From: Octopus vulgaris
Taxonomy: Eukaryota
Direction: 5' to 3'
Length of the DNA stretch: 64,000 nt
NCBI GenBank assembly: GCA_951406725.2
Contig: OX597833.1
Coordinates: 47,058,001-47,122,000, forward strand
Part shown: positions 1-35,800 of the stretch, in pieces
Numbering within the stretch: position 1 is the first letter of the stretch
Layout of the letters: every line of letters starts with the position of its first letter
Position numbers and translations under genes: made by a program
Notes under the pieces: model-generated
What the model saw: only the letters and a program-made list of their open reading frames with translations
Databases searched by the model: none
What the model was told of the DNA's origin: nothing

Positions 1-141
1 TCTTTGTAAGCCTAGTACTTATTTTATCGGTCTCTTTTGCCGAACTATCGGTCACTTATGCTGAACCGCTAAGTTACGGGGATGTAAACACACCAGCGTC
101 GGTTGTCAAGCAATGTTGAGGGGACAAACACAGACACACAA

Positions 142-190
<49 letters not shown>

Positions 191-358
191 TACATACGAC
201 GGGCTTCTTTCAGTTTCCGTCTACCAAATTCACTCACAAGGCTTTGGTCAGCTTGAGGCTATAGTAGAAGACACTTGCCAAGGTGCCACGCAGTGGGACT
301 GAACCCGGAACCATGTGGTTGGTAAGCAAGCTACTTACCACACATCCACTCCTACACC
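1..358 (-). mobile_element. tRNA-derived SINE, family A (AGGAGTGGCTGTGTGGTAAGTAGC.. head, internal microsatellite), cut by the window edge
   Basis: Reverse complement of the copies at 2966, 15244, 43889 and 60758; A box TGGCTGTGTGG and B-box-like GGTTCAGTCCC. Confidence 0.85.
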
Positions 359-721
359 TATGAGTAAAATATATAAACTTCTTTCTTGTCGATAAAGGTA
401 TGGTCATTCTAAAGGTTACCATTTCAATTAATAAAATCTATTCCAAGCTGAAAAGCATTGCTTATTGCAGTGAAGTTTATGGTACTGGTACCACATAAAA
501 CCATGCCAGTGCCACACAAGAAGCTGGTGCCATGTATAAGGCACCCATGCCAGTGCCTTGTAGGAGGTACCCAGTACACTCTGTAAAATGGGTGATGTTA
601 GGAAGGGCATCCAGCCATAGAAACCATGCCAAAACAGAAAATTGGAGGCAAGTGCAGCTCTCTAGCTGGCCAGCTCCTGTTAAACCATCCAACACATGCC
701 AGCATGAAAAACAGGCGTTAA

Positions 722-757
<36 letters not shown>

Positions 758-926
758 GTGATGGTGGTGATGATGGTTAAAAACCTGCATTTATTATGCA
801 TCAAAATACTTGTGTATTTTAATAATAAAAAGTTACTGTATGTAGATATAATAAAAAGTTACTGTTTGTAATTACAAACAGCTCTCTCTCTGTCTGTCTG
901 TCTCTCTCTGTCTCTCTGTCTGTCTG

Positions 927-975
<49 letters not shown>

Positions 976-1391
976 TTGATTGCTAAACTTCTAACACTCT
1001 ATGATGAAAAAGGTAAAAGGACACACATTCGATGAATTCTTTCCAGATTATAATTCTCTTCTGTCTATAAGAAATGTTTCACTTCATAAAACATTTAATT
1101 AATATATTTCAGGTTATGATACACTGGTAATTTCTAAAATGAATGAAATACTGTTACACATGATTATCTCTGGCTAGAAGATTTAAGAACTTTGTAACAA
1201 GTAAAGAACAAAAAAAAAGAAATAAATATTTGCATTCCATACATCTTTTCCTTTATTCTTTAATTTCAAATTCAAACTTCTAATCTTGCCAAATAAGAAG
1301 AAATTATTATCTCCCTTGTATTAACTGTCCACTAGAGTACACCACATGTTACAGTATAATATTATACAGTAAATTAGTAAGTTCATGTCAA

Positions 1392-1790
1392 TCTATATAC
1401 ATATATATATAAAGCTGAAGTTGTCTGTGTGTGGCAGGTTTGGTAGCCTTCAACTAACACTATCTCCTCCGAGACCCTTGCTGCGCAAATTGACCAAAAT
1501 TGAGAGTATGATGGAAGAAGGCTTGCTCTTCATTCTGTAGAAGAAAAAATTCAAATCGGACCATGTTAAGATCAAAAATTATTTACATCAAAAAGGTGCT
1601 TTTTTTCTATGAAAATCCCTATGTTTTACGATCTTTTGACTGCTGTGTCGCCATTTTTCGGTGTACTTCAAACAGAAAAATGTTCATTTGAAGAGAATAA
1701 CAAGCTACATAATGCAAAATTTTTACTTTTCAAAAATTCCAATTCTAAAGGGTCGAAACAAACCCGAGCAACGCCAGGCGATAGTGCTAG
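1392..1790 (+). mobile_element. Non-autonomous Helitron
   Basis: A|TC(TA)n...CCCGAGCAACGCCAGG hairpin...CTAG|T. Confidence 0.85.
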
Positions 1791-1970
1791 TAAATGATAA
1801 AAACATACTCAAAATTATGTAAGTTCCTGTAAAATAATTGACACCTGAGTGACATCCCTTGGATTTATGCTACACTTGAGCACATTTAATGCATATTATG
1901 GCATGCAATGTTTTGTCATTAGTTGAAATAAATCAACTTAAATTCTAATAATCAAGATTGCATTGCATAC

Positions 1971-24381
<22,411 letters not shown>

Positions 24382-24649
24382 CTGTAACAAATAATAAATT
24401 CTTAGGAAATACCAGTTACACTACTACCTTAACTGTCTACAACAAACAAGTGCATCGAAAACTGTAATACCACCTCTCCAACAAGAAAAACACAATACCC
24501 AACACTGCCATGACCATCACCTAAAACAGGAAAAAAACAAACAAACAAGCAACAGTTACAAAGTGTCTCATTTACATTGTGAATGTTGCAGTTTATGAAA
24601 GGAATACACATATTTAATCAATGCCTGCTTTGAATCATTCTTCTACATG

Positions 24650-24849
24650 TTTCAGTCATTTCACTGTGGCCATGCTGGAGCACTACCTCTAGTCGAGCAA
24701 ATCGACCCTAGGACTTATTCCTTGTAAGCCTAGTACTTATTCTATTGGTCTCTTTTGCCGAACTGCTAAGTTATGGGGACGTAAACACACCAGTATCGGT
24801 TGTCAAGCGATGTTGGGGGGAGGGGACAAACATATACACACCCATACAT

Positions 24850-24929
<80 letters not shown>

Positions 24930-25096
24930 TACGACAGACTTCTTTCAGTTTCTGTCTACCAAATCCACTCACAAGGCTTTGGTCAGGCTGAGGCTATAGT
25001 AGAAGACACTTGCCCAAGGTGCCATGCAGTGGGACTGAACCCGGAACCATGTGGTTGGTAAGCAAGCTACTTACCACACAGCCACTCCTGCACCTA
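24650..25096 (-). mobile_element. SINE family A
   Basis: Reverse-complement match to the family, with a long internal (TA)n. Confidence 0.88.
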
Positions 25097-25124
25097 TAAA
25101 TTTTTAAAAATATAAATTGTAATC

Positions 25125-25581
25125 CATCATCATCATCATTTAAAGTCTGTTGTCCATGCTGGCTTGGGTTGGATGGTTTGACTAGGGCTGGTAAACTGAG
25201 GAGCTGTGCCAGACACCCGTCTGATTTGGCCTGGTTTCTACCGCTGGATGCCCTTCCTAATGTCAACCACTCCAAGACTGTAATGGGTGCATCTACGTAC
25301 CACCGGCATGGATGCCAGTTGTGTGACACCAGTATCTGCCACAATGATGATATCATTGCCTCCATGAGGCCCAATACTTGAAAGGTGCTTTTTACATGCC
25401 ATTGGCATGGGTGCCTATTACCTGATGCTGGCATCAGGTACAACTATGATTTCACTTGGCTTGATGGGTTTTCTCAAGCACAGCGTATTGCCAAAGGTCT
25501 CGGTCACTAGTCATTGCCTCTGTGAGTCTCAACATTCGAAGATCATGCTTCACCACCTCATCCCATGTCTTCCTGGGTCTC
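25125..25581 (-). mobile_element. RTE-clade LINE 3' end: ORF C-terminus, 3' UTR and (GAT)n tail
   Basis: Minus frame RPRKTWDEVVKHDLRMLRLTEAMTSDRDLWQYAVLEKTHQAK*, followed by the TGGTTGGCGTTAGGAAGGGCATCCAGC 3' UTR family. Confidence 0.85.
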
Positions 25582-25582
25582 T

Positions 25583-25950
25583 TAGTTAAGTTAAGTTAAT
25601 TTTTTTGGCTCAAAAAGCGAAAAGCAAGGCCATGTAGGGGGACATGGAGTTATGTACAGGGAGGGTGTTCATGCAAAGAGTTCAGGCCATTTCTGGTCAA
25701 GAGAGACTTTGAACCGAGCGGTCGTCGGCATCTTCACTATCTGATCTGGCAGCTTATTCCACGGATCCGCAACCGGACGGAGAAAGCCCTCTCCTTCGAT
25801 TGAGATGAAATCGTCGCAGATAGAGCTTTTGGAGTGACCCCGCAGCTGACGCTCTGGAGTAGGAGTGAAGAACAGCTCTTTCGAGAGGTTACACTTTCCG
25901 CTTATGATGTTGTGAGTGAGAATGAGATCACTTCCACAGGTTTCCTCCAC
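25583..25950 (-). mobile_element. CR1-clade LINE 3' end
   Basis: ...LRGHSK...RPVADPWNKLPDQIVKMPTTARFKVSLDQKW*, short UTR and (TTAAC)n tail. Confidence 0.85.
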
Positions 25951-27411
25951 AGTGTCTCATTTACTTTGTGAATGTTGCAATTTATGAAGGGAATATATAT
26001 ATTTAGTCAATGCCTACTTTAAATCATTGACAATTTTTAAAAATGTAAACTGAAATCCATAAATAAAAAAATTCTTCACCATCAGCTATTACCATCACCA
26101 CTGTAACCATCACAACCACTGACCACCACTCTCTCCATTGGTTAAAACAATAAGTGTTTCAGTAGATTTGATCAACAGAACAGCCTGCTTGTGGAATTAA
26201 TGTGTAAGTGGCTGAGTATTCCACAGACATGTGTACCCTTAATGTAGTTCTCAGGGAGATTCAGAGTGTGGCAAGGCTGGCCCTTTGAATTACTCATATA
26301 ACTCATTTTTGACTCCTGAGTGGACTGCATCAATGTGAAGTAAAGTGTCTTGCTCAAGGACACAACATGCTACTGGGAATTGAACTCACGACTTTACAAT
26401 CATGAACTGAATACCCTAGCCATTAAGCTATGTGCCACCACACACACGCAAACATATCTATATTATGGGCTTCTTTCAGTTTTCTTTCTACCAAATCTAC
26501 TCACAATGCTTTGGTTGGTTTGGGTCTACAGTAGACGACACTTGCCCAAGGAGCCATGCGGTGGAACTGAACTTGAAACCATGTAGTTGGGAAGCAAGCT
26601 TCTTACCACACAGCCATGCCTGCCCTATGTATATGTGTGCATTCCATTTTCCTTTGGGTTCACAGGACTTGAAAGTTCTCTCGCATTCCCATCTCTCAGC
26701 TAGTATATTGGCACAGAGATTGATCAGCTGGAATACTTGAGCACTGCCCTCAGAACTTCCCAAAGCTATCGTCACTATTTGCAGGGTCCCAAAGAATTAC
26801 TTTTTTTTTTCTAGTGAGAGAAAGAGAGTGGAGCTTGAACTCAGAATACACAGAATTACAACAAAGGAGACAGTTCAAGGCTTTTCAATAAATGCTCTAG
26901 CATTCCACCATTCTCTTAACCATGTCAGGTACAATGTTTACCATCATCTGTAAGGATGAACAGCAAAGGTGAACTAAGCAGGAAATTAAATCATTCATCA
27001 TAACAGAAGATATCTTTTTGTGTAGAGAAGCACCCACTACACTCTCAGAGTGGTTGGCATTAGGAAGGGCATCCAGCTGTAGAAACCCTGCTAGATCAGA
27101 TTGGAGCCTGGTGCAGCCATCTGGTTCGCCAGACCTCAGTCAAATCGTCCAACCCATGCTAGCATGGAAAGCAGATGTTAAACGATGATGATGATGATGA
27201 ATTTCACAAACAACTCAGTACATATGAAGGATGTGAAAAAAATATTCATAATTATCCAAGTCCAGAGAATTGATATATTAAACAACTATGAAGAAAATCA
27301 AATTATTATACAAAATTGGAACATATTTATACACTTCAAAATACCAATGTGTGGATATATAAACATATATATATGTATGTATGTATATATGTATGTCTGC
27401 ATGTATGTATG

Positions 27412-27445
<34 letters not shown>

Positions 27446-27692
27446 TGTATGTATGTATGTATGCATGCATGCATGTATGTATGTATGCATGTATGTATAT
27501 GTGTGTGTATGTATGTATGTATGTATGTATATCATTATTCAGTTTATTTCAAGATTTCTTGCCAATAGAGAAAGGACCATTTTCTAACCTAGATCCAAGG
27601 CACCTTCATTGGAATTTCAACATCAACAACAGGATATTTTTGTATGTATGTATGTATGTATTTATGTATGTATGTATGTATGTATGTATGTA

Positions 27693-27730
<38 letters not shown>

Positions 27731-30048
27731 TACATGTGTGTGTATGTATATATGTATCATATAATATACACAGTGTTTAAATTTGAGTTATATTAAATGA
27801 TGTTTATCTCTCACTGGATGGAGTACTTTTTTTGTTGATCCAATCTTTAATGGAACAGTGAATTATTAGTGTATGTGTATGCATGTGTGTGTGTGTGCGT
27901 GCTTGTGTGTGTGTGTATGACAGCTCTTCATACATGTTATGTTTTTAGGTCCAGAAATTCATGTTTGTGTTCATGTGCATAGGAGCAAAAAATATTTTTG
28001 TAAGTTAAATTGATTTTTCATTTTATCTCTGGGTTTTTTTTAATTCTTTTGTAAAGTTGTTTACAAGTTAGGGAAACTGTAACAGATTTCATAGCTTTCT
28101 GGCTTCTGTTGTATCTGTTCTGTGATTCTTAACTCATTTCTCTCTGTTATTCATGCAAGTTTATGTAGCTATAAACCATTCAATAAGCCTTACGCATGGG
28201 GATTGTTGTTGTTGTTAAGCAACAAGATGGGTAAGGGTGATTAGGTGATGGTCTAGGGCTTAGGGGCGGGAGACCTCAGACCTTGGAAAAAAAACAAACT
28301 TTTGTCGTCTTGTTGTAGTCGAGGGCTCTTCTTCGTTGATGCCCGACACCACTGGGAGGTGGCCCTCGAAGTCGCTGGAAATGGAGATCTCCAGGTCCAA
28401 ATTCTTGAATGGCTACACAAGGGGATAGAGTGAGGGGAAGAGAACTTGTCACTGAAGAAAATGCTCTCAAAGAAAGGAAAAGTGGAGAGCTTCTTCAAAT
28501 GCTCTCACTGCATACGAGACTGCCACTCCTGAGTGGGCCTGTACAGCTACAGCAGACAAGGCAGCTCCTTCAGCAGCTGCCACAAAATTCTCCAGGTGCA
28601 GATCTATGCTCTTTTGAGACCAACAGATGCCTGTCTACAAGAAGTTGCAACATGATTTGGCTCTGTGACTATATTTAAATTTTATTACAAGGAACATGAT
28701 ATCCTGATGTTTGCAAAATTTAAATATGTGTGTGTGTGTGTGTGTGGGCAAAATTCAAATACATATGTATGTGTGTAATCGAATATCAAAAACAAAGGTG
28801 GTGGGGTTGGCACCAGACTAACAAATAAGTCCTGACATTGACACTGAAATCCAGGTAATCTGAATTCAAAACCTGTTACTAGTCATCATCATCATCGTTT
28901 AACGTCCGCTTTCCATGCTAGCATGGGTTGGACGGTTCGACTGGGGTCTGGGAAACCAGAAGGCTGCACCAGGCCCAGTCTGATCTGGCAGTGTTTCTAC
29001 AGCTGGATGCCCTTCCTAATGTCACAGTCAAATTTGTAAATCCACAATCCACAATCCAAGCTCAATCATTATGTCACTACAGAGTGATATAGGAAATACA
29101 CACAGATAGTGGGTTCTATACCTTTATTGAGGGCTTACAATTGTTTCTGGTAAGCACCATCCGCTCGTGTCCGTTGCCAGCCTTGCCTGGCCCCCATGCC
29201 GGTGGCACGTAAAAGCACCATCCGCTCGTGTCCGTTGCCAGCCTTGCCTGGCCCCGTGCCGGTGGCACATAAAAGCACCATCCGTTCGTGGCCGTTTGCC
29301 AGCTCTGTCTGGCACCTGTGCGGGTGGCACGTAAAAAGCACCCACTAAACTCACGGAGTGGTTGGCGTTAGGAAGGGCATCCAGCCGTAGAAACACTGCC
29401 AGATCTGACTGGGCTTGATGAAGCCTTCCGGCTTCACAGACCCCAGTTGAACCGTCCAACCATGCTAGCATGGAAAACGGACACTAAATGATGATGATGA
29501 TGATGATGATGATGATTAGAGGGATTTAGTTTCATAGATCAATTTAATTAATTGATCAATCCATGGTTGAAAGAAAGGAATTTCTTTCTTTCAACTGTTT
29601 GCTCACTGTGGCTCTGAAGAGGATAGCAGTGAAAGATATGTTCTCTACTTTTTCACTCAATTGACCATGGATTGATTCATAAAATTGATCTATGGAACTA
29701 AATCTCTCCAATGGTTATTCAAAACAAATTGTAAGCCCTCAATAAATGTATAAAATCCATATGCATTTGTATTTGTGTAATATTCTCCAGTTTTTTTTTT
29801 TTTTTCTGTCCTTGTTTTCATATACATTTGCTGCTTTCTCCCAAGGAAGCTCTTAGTTTAGTCTCACCTTGGGGCTGGCCAGATTGGAGCAATCTTAAGT
29901 ATAACCAGCCAAAGGGAACGTCAACTAAATACCAAAGTATGTAGTCCTGCCAGTCGATTACATTTCAATTGTTCGCTTTACATATTAAATAAAAGATTTT
30001 GAAAATTAAAGGTGTCTATTTTTTTTCTTGCATGTCTGTGTATGTGTG

Positions 30049-30105
<57 letters not shown>

Positions 30106-30929
30106 ATATATATTATGTATGTATGTATGTATGTATGTATGTTAGTCTTCTTTCAGTTTCCATCTACCAAATCCCCAGATCCACTCACAAGGTTTCAGTC
30201 AGCCCAAAACTATAGCAGAAGCCATTTGCCTGAGGTGTCACACAGTGGGACTGAACCTGGAACCATGCGGTTTGTAAACAAGTGTCTTACCACACAGCTA
30301 TGCCTGCACCTATATGTGTGTGTGTGTGTAGGTAGTTAGATAGCTAGACAAACAAACAAACGGACAGGTAGATAGTCAGAGATATTTATTATCTTTAAAG
30401 AAGAATATTATAAACAGTGACTTCAAAGTTCAAGCCAGCTAAGCCATTACAGTTAATCTTGGCTTTATATAGTCTTTGTTGAGTTAAACTCTTCCTTTGG
30501 TATGTGGGTTTGAGAGAGAGATATGGAGATTTGATGACAGTAAAAGTATCAGTTATAAACTGAAAACCAAGTATTTAAAAGAATAGCTACAGATTGACGT
30601 AGTGAAAATCTTTTTTGAGGGACATAGTCATAACTGTTTTAAGAACAAACGAAAAGTGAAATATAAACAAGTAATAACCAGTGAGTGTGATTATAGGATT
30701 TATCAATTATGACTTTTCCCAAATATGAGAATACAAATATGAAAAATTTTCTAGATATTATCTCTCTTGTCCTATTAAGGTTTGGTAAGGTTTATATACA
30801 CACATATTCACAAAAAATGTTCATTTGCATGCACATCATTGTACTGTAAGTAGGAAATATAAAGCGCTGGAAATGTGGCAAGATGGAAAGGGAGACAGAG
30901 AGAAGAGGAAAGAAAGGTAAAGAGAAAAG

Positions 30930-31850
30930 GAGAGAGCAGTGGTTTGTATTTTTTAATAAATGAACTTTCATTATTAACTCTTGTTTTGTCTGGGGTATTG
31001 TCTGTGCATTGATGGAGTGGAAAGACAAAAAAAAAATGGGAGGTTTGCTTTTTACGCATGTGTACAGATGTGTCACTGAGTAGAATTTGTCTAGCTCTGG
31101 GATCATGTATTTGTTGATGAATTTATAATCTCATTCTTCAAGTGTGTTTAGTTTGTCCAACGTAGTCTTCTTGGCATCCATTGCATTTGAGGGTCTATAT
31201 TACATTTGTTGAAGAACAAGTAAAATGACTTTTCACAGTAAAAACTTGTCCTGATTTAAATTTATAAGTTGTATTCTGAATAAGGTTCTCACAAGTTCCA
31301 CAACTGAACCAGCCACACTTTTTAACTGTTGGAGCTAAGTCCACAGTTGGTAGTTTAGCGTTGGTAAGTAGTTTTCTTCAGGCTTTGGTGGTCTTTTGCA
31401 TTTGATTATTTTGTATGACACAAGTGCTTTTTTCATTCGTTGGTCGTGACTCAATAATAGTACATTCTTATAAATAATCTTGTTTCTATGTTTCTTGAGT
31501 AGCGTATTGTAATTGAAGAAAGAGTTTTGGACGTATCTGAACTGTTTTGGGTTTTAATGTAATTTTCAATGTCCACTGCTTTGGCGCATTCCATTCCATT
31601 GTAAGTATGGCCTGTTTTAATTCAAAGAGTCATTTTTTTTCTGAACATCCGGACTGGAAACAATTGTTCGGATTCATTATCACCTGCCTGAATTATTTAA
31701 ACTCCTGTCATTGCCCACTTGAGTTATTTTCCTAAGCTCACTTATGAATAGGTGTTTGTGTGCGTATATTTCTGTTTTTATAAGTCTACAACGGTCTTTT
31801 TAGTGTTTGATATAAAGGCGTTTTCTTTTATACCTCACCCTCACCAAATG
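30930..31850 (-). mobile_element. Decayed Penelope-like retroelement (RT thumb, Cys linker, GIY-YIG endonuclease)
   Basis: Minus frame KKCGWFSCGTCENLI..GQVFTVKSHFTCSSTNVI*TLKCNGCQEDYVGQTKHT*RMRL*IHQQ...ESSFIKKYKPLL, with multiple stops and frameshifts. Confidence 0.85.
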
Positions 31851-31899
31851 CTAGCGCCTCATCAAATAGACATCGATCATATAGGCACTAGAGTTGATA

Positions 31900-32482
31900 C
31901 TTATTTCTTTACTACCCACAAGGGGCTAAACACAGAGAGGACAAACGGATTAAGTCGATTATATCGACCCAGTGCGTAACTGGTATTTATTTAATCGACC
32001 CCGAAAGGATGAAAGGCAAAGTCGACCTCGGCGGAATTTGAACTTAGAACGTAGCAGCAGACGAAATACCTATTTCTTAATTACCCACAAAGGGCTAAAC
32101 ACAGAGCGGACAAACAAGGACAGACCTAGGTATTAAGTCGATTACATCGACCCCAGTGCGTAACTGGTACTTAATTTATCGACACAGAAAGGATGAAAGG
32201 CAAAGTCGACCTCGGCCGAATTTGAACTCACAACGTAACGCAGACGAAATACCTATTTCTTTATTACCCACAAGGGGCTAAACACAGAGCGGACAAACAA
32301 GGACAGACAGATTAAGTCGATTATATCGACCCCAGTGCGTAACTGGTACTTATTTAATCGACACCGAAAGGATGAAAGGCAAAGTCGACCTCGGCGGAAT
32401 TTGAACTCAGAACGTAACGGCAGACGGAATACTACTAAGCATCTCGTCCGGCGTGCTAACGTTTCTGCCAGCTCGCCGCCTT
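31900..32482 (-). mobile_element. SINE family B (GGCGGCGAGCTGGCAGAA.. head; GTCGACTTTGCCTTTCATCCTTTCGGGGTCGAT core), trimer of bodies
   Basis: Body unit repeated at about 31902, 32071 and 32253 behind a single head at 32482. Confidence 0.88.
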
Positions 32483-32852
32483 ACTAAAGTTGATACTATC
32501 GACTAAAACCTTGAAGCCGGTGACCAAGTTAAGATATATGCGCGTGTTCGCTGCACTCAATGGCATAGATATTACTATAAATTATTAACAAAAAAAAATC
32601 AGTAACTGTTTTCTTTATTTTATCAGACAGTAATTTAAACGAAACTAAAATTTTTACAAGACACAAAACATTTTTTCATCGCTTTATCTTTCATTGCATA
32701 TGAATGTGCATTTAATCACTCATACACACACACACATATATATATATATACACACTCATATATATAAAAAGAGAGTGGGGGGAAAGAGAATGCGTAAAAA
32801 TATTCAGTGCGAGACTACAGGAAATTGTACGGAGTGATCTCAAACATTAAAA

Positions 32853-32870
32853 ATGCTCATCAAAGTAAAG
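32853..32870 (+). CDS. NEDD8: NEDD8 coding exon 1 (MLIKVK)
   Basis: aaaATG CTC ATC AAA GTA AAG|gtaatt. Confidence 0.93.
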
Positions 32871-35800
32871 GTAATTATCTAATTATATAAAATACACAAC
32901 ATATATGGATATTTCCTGCTATTATTATTATTCCTTTAAAACACATTCGTCTTTTATAAGTACCTTTAATATATTTGTCTGTTACTTAACGTCCTTGTTT
33001 GAAAATAAAACAAACAGAATTTGTATAAATCTTCGTTTTGTTTATTTCAGACCCTCACTGGCAAAGAGGTAAATATCTTTATTTTAAAGAATATTCTCCT
33101 TTTGAAATATCTTTTTTTAATTGTTAAATACCCTTTTGGGGTGTGTTTTGTATCGTGTCTTTATGTTTATTCTATAAAAAAAATCTATTCATTCTTGACA
33201 TTTAGTCTCTCTGTCTCTCCCGCTTTATCATACCATCTCCCTTCCTATCTCTCTCTCTCTTGGTGTATATATACATTTCATTTGGCTTATAACTATTGCG
33301 AATTTATATTTGTGGAAGATCTATCTATATAACTGAATCAACACCAAGATACTGCTGGGACTTATTTAGCCAACCCCACCCTAATGACGAAATCCACACT
33401 GACCGTAATTGGATTCCGAATTGAAAGGAAACTAAATACTACTGTATTGTAATTATTTCGGATGGTTGCTTTCTGTACCGCCTTCGTCATTAGTTAACCG
33501 GCTCGTATTCTTCTTTTTTTTTCTTCTTTCTTCTCTTTATTCATAAGATGGAAAGTTGGCTACTATTTCTAGCGGTTCGAGAGACCTTGTAGAAAGCTCC
33601 TTTGTTACCCTAGCATGTATATAAGATGTATGAGAGAGATAAGTGAAAATGGCTGAAATAGTGATGCGCTGGAATTATCATCAAGCATTTCCTTATTTCA
33701 TTCATATCAGGATTCAGTACAGTTGCCGAATTTATTCGTACACAACCCACCTCAGCTACAAAGCGTAAAGGGGATCACATCTACACGACATTCACTAAAT
33801 TAAATAAATCACCAATTTACATAAGATTAATCAGAGTGAATTGATTAGTTTTATGGGGCGGACTCGCCGGAATAGCTGTCTTTCCACATACGTTGGAATT
33901 TCCCCGTTTTCATCTGGTCTATTGTTTCCAAATGTGTGATACAAAAAAAAAAATTGGTAAATTTCCAACTTACATAGGGCAGTTATTCCAAAAGTCTCCT
34001 TTTTATGGGTATATTAGACAAAACGACACTCCTTAGAATTTTTTGTAGGTATTCGTAGATCATACACGTGTAGTGTAAATAATACTTTATCAACCATCGA
34101 GGAAGCATGTGATTATTAAGACAGATTAAGCTGATTTAATTACCATTTTATAAACAATAAAACCGCATAGTATAGAATTTTTGTAGACATTCTGTGAGAT
34201 CAACATATTGTTTCTATGAGATCCTTTACGTTTTGTACAAAGGGTCGTTGTTTACTTACGTATTCATTATATAGGACTTTCTGGTTCTAATCCCACATCG
34301 ATCGGTTTTGAATTCTATCTCCCAGGCTCGATAAAACGAGAACTAGTAATATATTGCGGTAGTTAATTCAATATTTGCCTAATCGAATAAAATCAATGGT
34401 AATTCTTTTAAGGTTTTGAATAGTCATGACTAACCCGTCTGAGTAGCAGACTTACATGTGAGAATTTAATTTATATTTTAGTGGTTATGGAAATTATATA
34501 TTTCGTTCAATTTGGAGACGCAAGGTGTGTGTCCTCCCCTACCCCCTTAGAATTCTTTTAAAATCTAAGAATCTACTCGATTCTGTAGATACGAAAGAAA
34601 GAATTAAGGGAAATGAGACCGCAATTAGCGTTGTATGAAATATAGGAATACTTCAGGCGGCGAGGTGGGGGTACAACCCTTTTCCTTCCCTATGAAAGTA
34701 TAGGATATCTATCCAGAAACAACTTCAACTAGCATTTTTTGTTTTATATTGAAAACATCAGAACGATTGTCGAAATTTTATATATATATATAAAAGAAGG
34801 TTTAGAGGTGATGTACAGGTATTATATATTAGAAGAAATAAGGTACTCAGAAATCTAGATGGTTTATTATTTACAGATCTGTAACTATAAAAAAATTCAG
34901 ATTTCTGAGTACCTTATTTCTTCTAATATATTTATATATGTAATTAAGGGTTTAGCAACAAGTTGCTTCACCACATACCGAAAACTTAGAAATAGCAGCC
35001 AAAAGACAGCCAATTCCTTTAACTACAAATATATATATATACTCAAAAGTTTTAATCTCGTTCAGGTTTGTTTCAGCCGGTAGTGGGTCAATAAGTTTAT
35101 AGGAATCTAGTTAATAAAAAGATCTGTTTAAAGTGAAGTTTATATATGTTGGCTTAATGTCAATTAGACCCCCTCTTTCCTCGGATTTTGTCAGCTTTCC
35201 ATGAGCTTTAAAATGGCCTGCACTTGTATTGTTATCTTTGAAATTATGCTTATAATTTTATTAAAGATATATTGTAATCAGGATCGTTAATTATAACTGT
35301 CAGTATTTCCAGTAACAATACAATAGATTAGAGGTTGATTATCTTTTACAAGATTACTCAACTACTTTCCACCTCTTGACTTGCTAGAAATGATTACCAA
35401 TTCCCCTTTAAAATCAATCATACTTCACTGTTACAAAATGACGCATTGTAGTTTGAAAAAAATGTAAGGCATGATGATCATGCCTGGAACACTTGTTTAT
35501 ATGTCAGCTCCAAGTTTGATCTATAGCCAAACAGTAACAGATACAACTACCTGTTACACCTTCCAGCTGACATGCCATCACTTCTCTCCGATATCACATG
35601 ATGTAGACTTAATGAATGAGTGAAGTTATTCTCTATTTAGTTAATGGTTTCTGTTTGAAAAAAAGGTCTTTTCATTTTTATATTTGTTTATAGTGCAATT
35701 ATTGTTAGATGAGAACAATGCTAGTACATACGTAATGGATATCTAGTATTTACTTGCGTGTAAAGTGAGAAATTTAACCCAGATGTCTGGGTCAAATTGA

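Noticed and set aside
27215-27286. Hydrophobic minus-strand exon-like stretch (LFNISILWTWIIMNIFFTSFI) suggesting a signal peptide
   Set aside because: No convincing donor in the phase needed to join exon A; AT-rich DNA readily yields such peptides
31900-32482. Regularly spaced repeats resembling a CRISPR array (also the ~60-bp units at 29152-29340 and 47050-47260)
   Set aside because: Eukaryotic context, units are contiguous SINE or LINE-UTR repeats without unique spacers, and there are no cas genes
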